A stretch of 56,152 nt of DNA, the filler included, from Sphacelaria rigidula (Eukaryota), in NCBI GenBank assembly GCA_964200075.2. It is 7 parts of 7 records of this genome, joined end to end, with 100 filler letters (N's around TTAATTAATTAA, not from the genome) between each part and the next. Parts side by side here need not be neighbours in the genome. Positions count along the whole stretch, not along the records: positions 48,218 to 56,152 come from CAXNAA020012925.1; 6 more parts are not named here. One strand, written 5' to 3'. Below the pieces are notes generated by a model. That model was not told the origin of the DNA and did no database searches. It saw only the letters and a program-made list of their open reading frames with translations. Shown here in pieces: positions 50,034-56,152 of this stretch. Both the position numbers and the translations under genes were made by a program. Position 1 is the first letter of the stretch. Each line of letters begins with the position of its first letter.

Positions 50034-50909
50034 AAGTACCATTATAGCCCCTGGAACCAAGTTGTAGCACTCGCAACACCAAAACCGGGCTTTTGTGCCC
50101 GCTTGTTGTCAAAGATAGTCCGGCATGTAAGGCATGCTTTCAGCTCTTGGGATCCTTCGTGGGCATTACTCCTGGCTGTTGCCGGGCGCATGCCAGGATC
50201 CTTGCCATTGTCTGAGCGTGCTTGTTATCTTGCACGTTTCTCCCTTCAGGGCCTTTCCGTGACTTGATTTGTTTTGGGCACAATATCCGTCGTACAACGT
50301 GAGGCTTGGCCACCTCTGGTCATTTCGCTCTGTGTCCTTTGCTACCCCCGGCATCGCCTTCAACACTGCCCGCCGATCCTTGCGCGCACGTATATCTATC
50401 TACCGCTGCGCAACATGTTTTGACGCAGACTCGGAAGCGGTGCCGTCGCGCGTTGGAGTTCGCGGGTGTGCAGGATGGCCGACGGAGGTAGCACTTTTGT
50501 ACCTGCAGCGGAGGCTGGAACAGGCGAGTTTGGATTGATGCGGGGACCCAAAAATGCACTTGCTCGGTGATGATGTATTCGGCCGCGATGAGTACAGTTA
50601 AAGCAGTTTCGCGAGATGTGTCTTTTGTCATGATCCGTGATGCTCTCATCGAAGCATGCCCGAGTTGTGCACTGCAAATTGCCCTGTAACGGGTCTACTT
50701 GTACCTGAGTACCTCGTGCGTGAAAGACCACCGGGAGAAAACGCGGCACGATGTCTCTCATGGCTTGAGACGCCATAGCCTTCCACACTTCGGGACAATG
50801 ATAAAACCCCCTCCCATTCCTTTCCTCCGGTACTCCTTTCGGCTCACCAGGCACTAGCGTATGCCTGGCAGCCATCACTGTCTTCCTAAAGCAGTCTTCC
50901 CTAGAAGAG

Positions 50910-52991
50910 GTGAAACCTTACGTGTCCACCGTGACTCTGCAGCTGGCATGCTTGGGATTTTGCAAGGCTTCCCGGGAATCTTCCCGAATACACCTGCGCG
51001 TAGAGAAGGGAATTCCACGTGAGATGGTTGCTTCTCCACGGCAACGAACGGTCCACTATCCATGCACCCGTAGCTCCAAGATACAGCGTCTCGCCACGCG
51101 CATACCGTCAGTCCAGCCGCGCGTGGTGTCGTGGGGAATCTTGCCGCCTGATGCTCTTTCAGTCCAGAAGGGTGATCAATTTGCTTTTGCAGAAGTGTTG
51201 ATGTTTGGCCACGGCTTTAACAGCCGGATCAGTGGTGTGGCGTGGCCGAAGTCGTTGAAGAAGATCACGTTCGGTTCGCATTTTGACCGGTCAATCGGCG
51301 GCGTGGTATGGCCTAGCTCACTGCAGCACTTGGTGTTTGGGGATATGTTCAATCAGCCCGTTGAAGGGGTGTCGTGGCCCAGCTCACTTCGATACCTGGA
51401 GTTCAATGGTAAGTTCAACCAACCAGTCGAGGGTGTGGCATGGCCGAACACAGTGGTGGACCTGAAGCTCGGCAATGCCTTCAACCAGAAAATTGTTGGC
51501 GCAGTGTGGCCGAGGTTCCTTCAGCAGCTAGCATTTGGTCGTGCCTTCAACCAGCCCGTTGTTGGCGTGAAATGGCCGAGTTCCCTCGTCGTTCTGGAAC
51601 TTGGGAATAACTTCAACCAACCAGTCATTGGCGTGGTGTGGCCGAGCTCACTTCAGCAGCTGATATTCGGGAATGAGTTCAATCAGCCGATTGGTAATGT
51701 GGTGTGGCCGACCTCACTTCAGCAGCTGGTATTCGGTTGTCGCTTCAATCAGCCGATCGGAAATGTGATGTGGCCGGTCTCACTTCGTCATCTGAGTTTC
51801 GGGAATGCGTTCAATCGGCCGATCGACAAGGTGGTGTGGCCGGTCTCACTTCGTCATCTGAGTTTCGGGGGTGGGTTCAATCGGCCGATCGACAAGGTGG
51901 TGTGGCCGACCTTACTTCGTCATCTGCGTTTCGGGGATGGGTTTAATCAGCCGGTTGTTGAGGTAGAATGGCCGGCGTCCCTCGAGCAGTTGGCTTTCGG
52001 TGAATATCAATGCAGTTCATTCAATCAGCCAATTGACGACGTTGTATGGCCGACTCAGCTCAAAGAGTTGAAGCTGGGTGAATCGTTCAATCAGCCGATC
52101 ACGGGCGTTGTCTGGCCTAAAGCACTCCGTAACTTGGTGTTAGGGGGTGCATTCAATCGGCCGGTAAACAAGGTGGTCTGGCCGGAATCACTCGAGACGT
52201 TGAGGTTTGGAAACTCTTTCGACCAACCCATCGATAAAGTAGTCTGGCCGCGATCGATCGAGCGGTTATACTTTGGAAAGAATTTCAACCGTCCGATCGG
52301 CAGGGGTAGGTTCCCGGCATCGCTACGGCGGATAGAGTTTGGAGAGATGTTCAACAGACCCATCCACAGCGTCGTGTGGCCCGCCTCTCTGGAGGAATTG
52401 TTGTTCGGCTTTCATTTCAACAAGCCGATCAACAAGGTTGTATGGCCAACTTCGCTCCGTATACTGGGTTTCGGTACCTCCTTCAACCAGCCAATTCATA
52501 AGGTGGTATGGCCAGCATTGCTGGAAGACCTGAGGCTTGGGTCTTCATTCAACTATCCCCTGGACGATGCAGTTTGGCCTTCTTCCATTGCACATCTAGA
52601 CCTTGGAAAGGAGTTCAACCACCCGATCGACAACCTACCGAGCACTCTGAGGACCCTAAGTTTTCAAGAAGGGGCATGCTTCAACCAGCCTCTCGACGAC
52701 GTTGTGTGGCCTACCTGGCTGCGCGACATTTCGTTTGGCGCGTGTTTTGACCAGCCAATCGAAATGGTCACCTGGCCCTCGTCCGTTCGATCGATACGGT
52801 TCGGATGGAGGTTCAACCACCCGGTCGAGAAAGTGGTGTGGCCGGCCTCGCTAGAGGAGCTACAGTTTGGGCCTTCGTTCCAGCAACCAACGAGGAAGGC
52901 CGTGCGGCCAATCTCACTGAAGCGAGTCATACAAGTTTTTGGCCATCGCGGAAGGTGTCGCCGCACACTTGCATTTGGCAGCAGCATATGA
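50910..52991 (+). CDS. FNIP-repeat protein (26 x ~22-aa repeats), intronless
   Basis: 693-aa ORF of FNQPIxxVVWPxSLxxLxFGxx units (FNIP repeat family). The true start is uncertain: the frame is open from about 50802 and the first ATG is at about 51024. Confidence 0.9.
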   Translation: MKPYVSTVTLQLACLGFCKASRESSRIHLRVEKGIPREMVASPRQRTVHYPCTRSSKIQRLATRIPSVQPRVVSWGILPPDALSVQKGDQFAFAEVLMFGHGFNSRISGVAWPKSLKKITFGSHFDRSIGGVVWPSSLQHLVFGDMFNQPVEGVSWPSSLRYLEFNGKFNQPVEGVAWPNTVVDLKLGNAFNQKIVGAVWPRFLQQLAFGRAFNQPVVGVKWPSSLVVLELGNNFNQPVIGVVWPSSLQQLIFGNEFNQPIGNVVWPTSLQQLVFGCRFNQPIGNVMWPVSLRHLSFGNAFNRPIDKVVWPVSLRHLSFGGGFNRPIDKVVWPTLLRHLRFGDGFNQPVVEVEWPASLEQLAFGEYQCSSFNQPIDDVVWPTQLKELKLGESFNQPITGVVWPKALRNLVLGGAFNRPVNKVVWPESLETLRFGNSFDQPIDKVVWPRSIERLYFGKNFNRPIGRGRFPASLRRIEFGEMFNRPIHSVVWPASLEELLFGFHFNKPINKVVWPTSLRILGFGTSFNQPIHKVVWPALLEDLRLGSSFNYPLDDAVWPSSIAHLDLGKEFNHPIDNLPSTLRTLSFQEGACFNQPLDDVVWPTWLRDISFGACFDQPIEMVTWPSSVRSIRFGWRFNHPVEKVVWPASLEELQFGPSFQQPTRKAVRPISLKRVIQVFGHRGRCRRTLAFGSSI

Positions 52992-55900
52992 TGGTGTTTC
53001 TTGAGAAAGTCGACGACATTCTTGGAGCCCGCTGACCGACAAGCGGTGATTCGCTGAGACTGAGGGGGGTGGGATGGTAGTACCTTGTCTTAGCCATGCT
53101 TTCAAGGCTTCAATAGCAGCAGCATCCCTCTGTGGTGCAGATTGGCTGCAGAAGAGCTGTTCCCAACGCTGGTATTTTGCGTGTGCTTGCTTCTCGTACC
53201 TTGGGCGTGTGTACCATTTTGTATGTGGAACTCGTGCGTTTCCCACACTGTAGCCCCGGCTGCACATGCAAGACATCAAAGTTGGACACACGTCTGAACA
53301 TGTATCCTCTTGCTCTTCTAGCTGGTTTGTCTGAATGGGTAGACTGCTGATAAATCGGTCAGTTACAACGATATCCTCCGGGGAATCTGCGCAATATCAT
53401 GGGATATTTCGTGGGAAGTTTCCACCAGAAGTTTCTCGTGTGTGAAAACATTCCGCGGGGCATTTCTGTGACCCTTGAGTCATTGGCTTGAGGTTTGGTT
53501 CCAGTCGTTGTAGATTAAAGCTATCAACCCCCTTCCGGGTTACTTCCTTCGTTCTCCACCTTCATGCCACCATGCCTGGACCATGTGCCCCAGCTATATT
53601 GAGAGATGCGTTGCCGAGGTCACCATCGATTGTCGAACACACAAGGGATTTATCGGCATAGAGTGCGGACTAATCACCCGTACAGCGATGATTAGAGTCG
53701 AGGTACTCGTTGGTGCAGAGGGAGGGAGCGCCTCTACTATACAGGAAGAAGAGCCGAGTCGACACTTTCGCTGAAGGTCGTTAGCGTAGTGGAGAAACAG
53801 CGGTAAGGACGTATGTAAGGCATCGGCCGCGGGAAGTCCTCCACATCGGACGGCGTGCCAGTAGTTCGTCTGTGCAAAAGGGGTTTCGTCTTTGAACGTA
53901 CTGTCAGACGTTATTGACGAAAAGCTTGACTTATCTAAGCTCAAGCGGGAAATACACAGGGTGGCTTCCTGTGTCTTCCAACTAGGTCTTCATGCCCAGT
54001 TAGCTACGGGCCAGCGGAGTGATTGGGCGTTGTACATGAGGATTGAAGACCCGCTATAACTGAGGTTTTGAAGAAGCCTCGGAGCAGCAGGGAGCTGATG
54101 ACTTTCATGCTGCTGATGTCTTGTGCGGACGCGTACTTGGTAATATGTTTCGCTGCTGTAGGTTCTTCTAGTACTATATAGCGGCCGCTCAGGCGTGAAT
54201 TTTTGATTGTTGAGAAATGCAGAGAGACGATCGATCGCAGGGAATTGAAAAATATTCAAGGACGTCATGCATTTTGGTCTGTACTGCTGAGAGCTAGACA
54301 TGTCGATGTTTGATTATTATCTCGTTGACAATATCGTACAGTACAGAGGGCAATACTGCACTGCTGTGGTAGCCGCCGAAGTGTCTTGTTTGTATGCTGT
54401 TTCCTGTGCGCTGTTGCCTGTTTGCAGGGAGAAGTCAGCCCTGTTGGATGAAAGGGAGTAGAGTTGAAGGGGCCATTTGAAGACGGAAAGGTTTGGTAGC
54501 TCTGGATACCAGTCACTGATGTGTACTCTATGCGTGTACTGTCAGGAGGAACGCACAGCACTTACGCAAAACGATGACCGTGACTGTTGGCCAAACGCGT
54601 TGAATCAGTTGGGCGGTAGGCAAGGGTATTCCGACTTGCTGATGAGAAGGAGGTTTCGGCAGCTTCTCTGTTCAGGAGGGGTCATGTTTGTCGTGCTACC
54701 TTTGAGTTTTATAGTCCCGGCAATCGAGAAACAAACGCTTTGGCTGTACACACGTACTTGTAGTCGCACGTCGCATGTCAACAAACTTTGAGCATGGTGC
54801 TGTGGAGTATTTCCACGGGAGTACTGTGGGTTCATTGATCACCCGACACAGGAAAAGGAAATTGTAGGAATGCGCGGCGCTTGTTTATCCCCAAAGCTTG
54901 TCAAAGCAAGATGGTGCACAGCACGCCGTAATGTGTGTGTGTGTGTTGGGTACGATTCATTCGCGCTTTTCTCACTTGTGCTGAACGTGATGTGGATATG
55001 CACTTAGCACTTGCCACCAGAACTGACCAATTCACAACGAGAAATTCATCGGGAAATTTACTTGTGAATTGCAATGCAATCATACCGGCGTGGGGCAGGT
55101 CCTGCGCGGTACCACTGTCTATACTGTAGAGTGATTGGCGGCTTTGGACAGTACTGTGAACGGTAGTGTTGTTCGAGATGCGGTTGCCGTTTCCCGACCC
55201 ATCTGTTGTGGCTGATAAATAAATAGTAGTACATTCAGAAAAATTCTTGGATATTGGGTTTTGTTGTTACGCTGAATCGTGAGAACGAGACCTATGCGCG
55301 TGACGTCAGATATGCCGATTCTCTCAAAGGAAAATTGCCTGTTCTTCATGATGAGAGCATGTTTATGTCTTTGTAGAGGTACTGCAATGCAATTCTGAAG
55401 TTTCTGTTTGAAATTTGAAGCTCAAGCGGACACTTGGCAGAGTGAGGAGTGATTGTTTTTCTAAGGTAGGTCAGTGTATGACAAAAAAAGACATAATGCG
55501 CATGGTAAATGATACTCTATACGATGTTGTTTCATGTTCCTCTCGAGCCTAAACTTTCATGCGAAATATGTGTAACCCAGGTGCAACCCTTGAAGATGAG
55601 GGTGTACGCACGGGGTGGTGATTTTTAATGGAGGGTGACCAACGATCAAGCCAAACCCCCTACTGCACGAGGCTTTCCTTTGCAATGAGTAATGAAGGAA
55701 AGAGGAGCTGGAGCATGTTCGTGTACAATAGTACCTCCGTGTCGGCGGAGGAAGAAATAGGAGCAAAAAAAGCAAATATCATGACGTGCCTTTGCCTGGG
55801 CCGACGTTCAAGAAAGGATGAGGCATTTGATGACGAAATGAAAACACCTAGGGCACGTGGAAATCACCCTGTTCTTCTGAGGATTAGGCTTTCGTATTGA

Positions 55901-56152
55901 AAATGTTGATGGGAATCTGGGTATATGAAGGACTTTTGGACTTGCGGAGAAGTCAGTCTGATATACTTCATCGTTTTTTGTGCCTATATTTTGTTCATGG
56001 TAGCGCCTGTGCTTACCGTGCATCCTCTACACCCGTGATATGACGGGGCGGGAGGGGGGGAGGGGGGGGGGGGGATAGCCTATGAAGGAACTTTCCCAAG
56101 GTTCGAAGACGAAATGTGGGGTTTTAGTTTTGTAGCCAGGATGTTGGTAGCA

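Noticed and set aside
53083..55850. Scattered exon-like minus-strand segments (e.g. YEKQAHAKYQRWEQLF..., ORF 53594..53944)
   Set aside because: No recognisable homology and no consistent splice chain.

Overview
Eukaryotic, intron-rich, TE-dense DNA. The gene content points to a brown alga (Phaeophyceae, Ectocarpus-like); this is an inference from the ROCO, FNIP and retroelement types. The window is not one locus. It is seven contigs of 7937, 7937, 7936, 7936, 7936, 7935 and 7935 bp joined by identical 100-bp spacers (N44-TTAATTAATTAA-N44), so it is almost certainly a size-sorted artificial concatenation, and adjacency across spacers has no biological meaning. Contig 1 holds the 3' four exons of a ROCO (ROC-COR) gene. 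Contig 2 holds a decayed Ty1/copia gag-protease element with RTE-LINE insertions and two related LTR 3' ends. Contig 3 holds 5' exons of a pyroglutamyl-peptidase I (C15) gene, tRNA-SINE-like repeats and a 421-bp foldback MITE. Contig 4 holds the 3' five exons of a long-chain acyl-CoA synthetase (bubblegum-like). Contig 5 holds a multi-exon gene of uncertain family plus hAT- and piggyBac-type MITEs. Contig 6 holds a decayed copia fused to a gypsy pre-RT fragment, back-to-back with a decayed gypsy gag-pol. Contig 7 holds an intronless 26-repeat FNIP protein and RTE-LINE 3' ends. I found no convincing wholly new system. The best leads are the copia/gypsy junction, the variable FNIP array, the LINE 3' stem-loop motif shared with a SINE, and a hairpin over a candidate gypsy primer-binding site (PBS).
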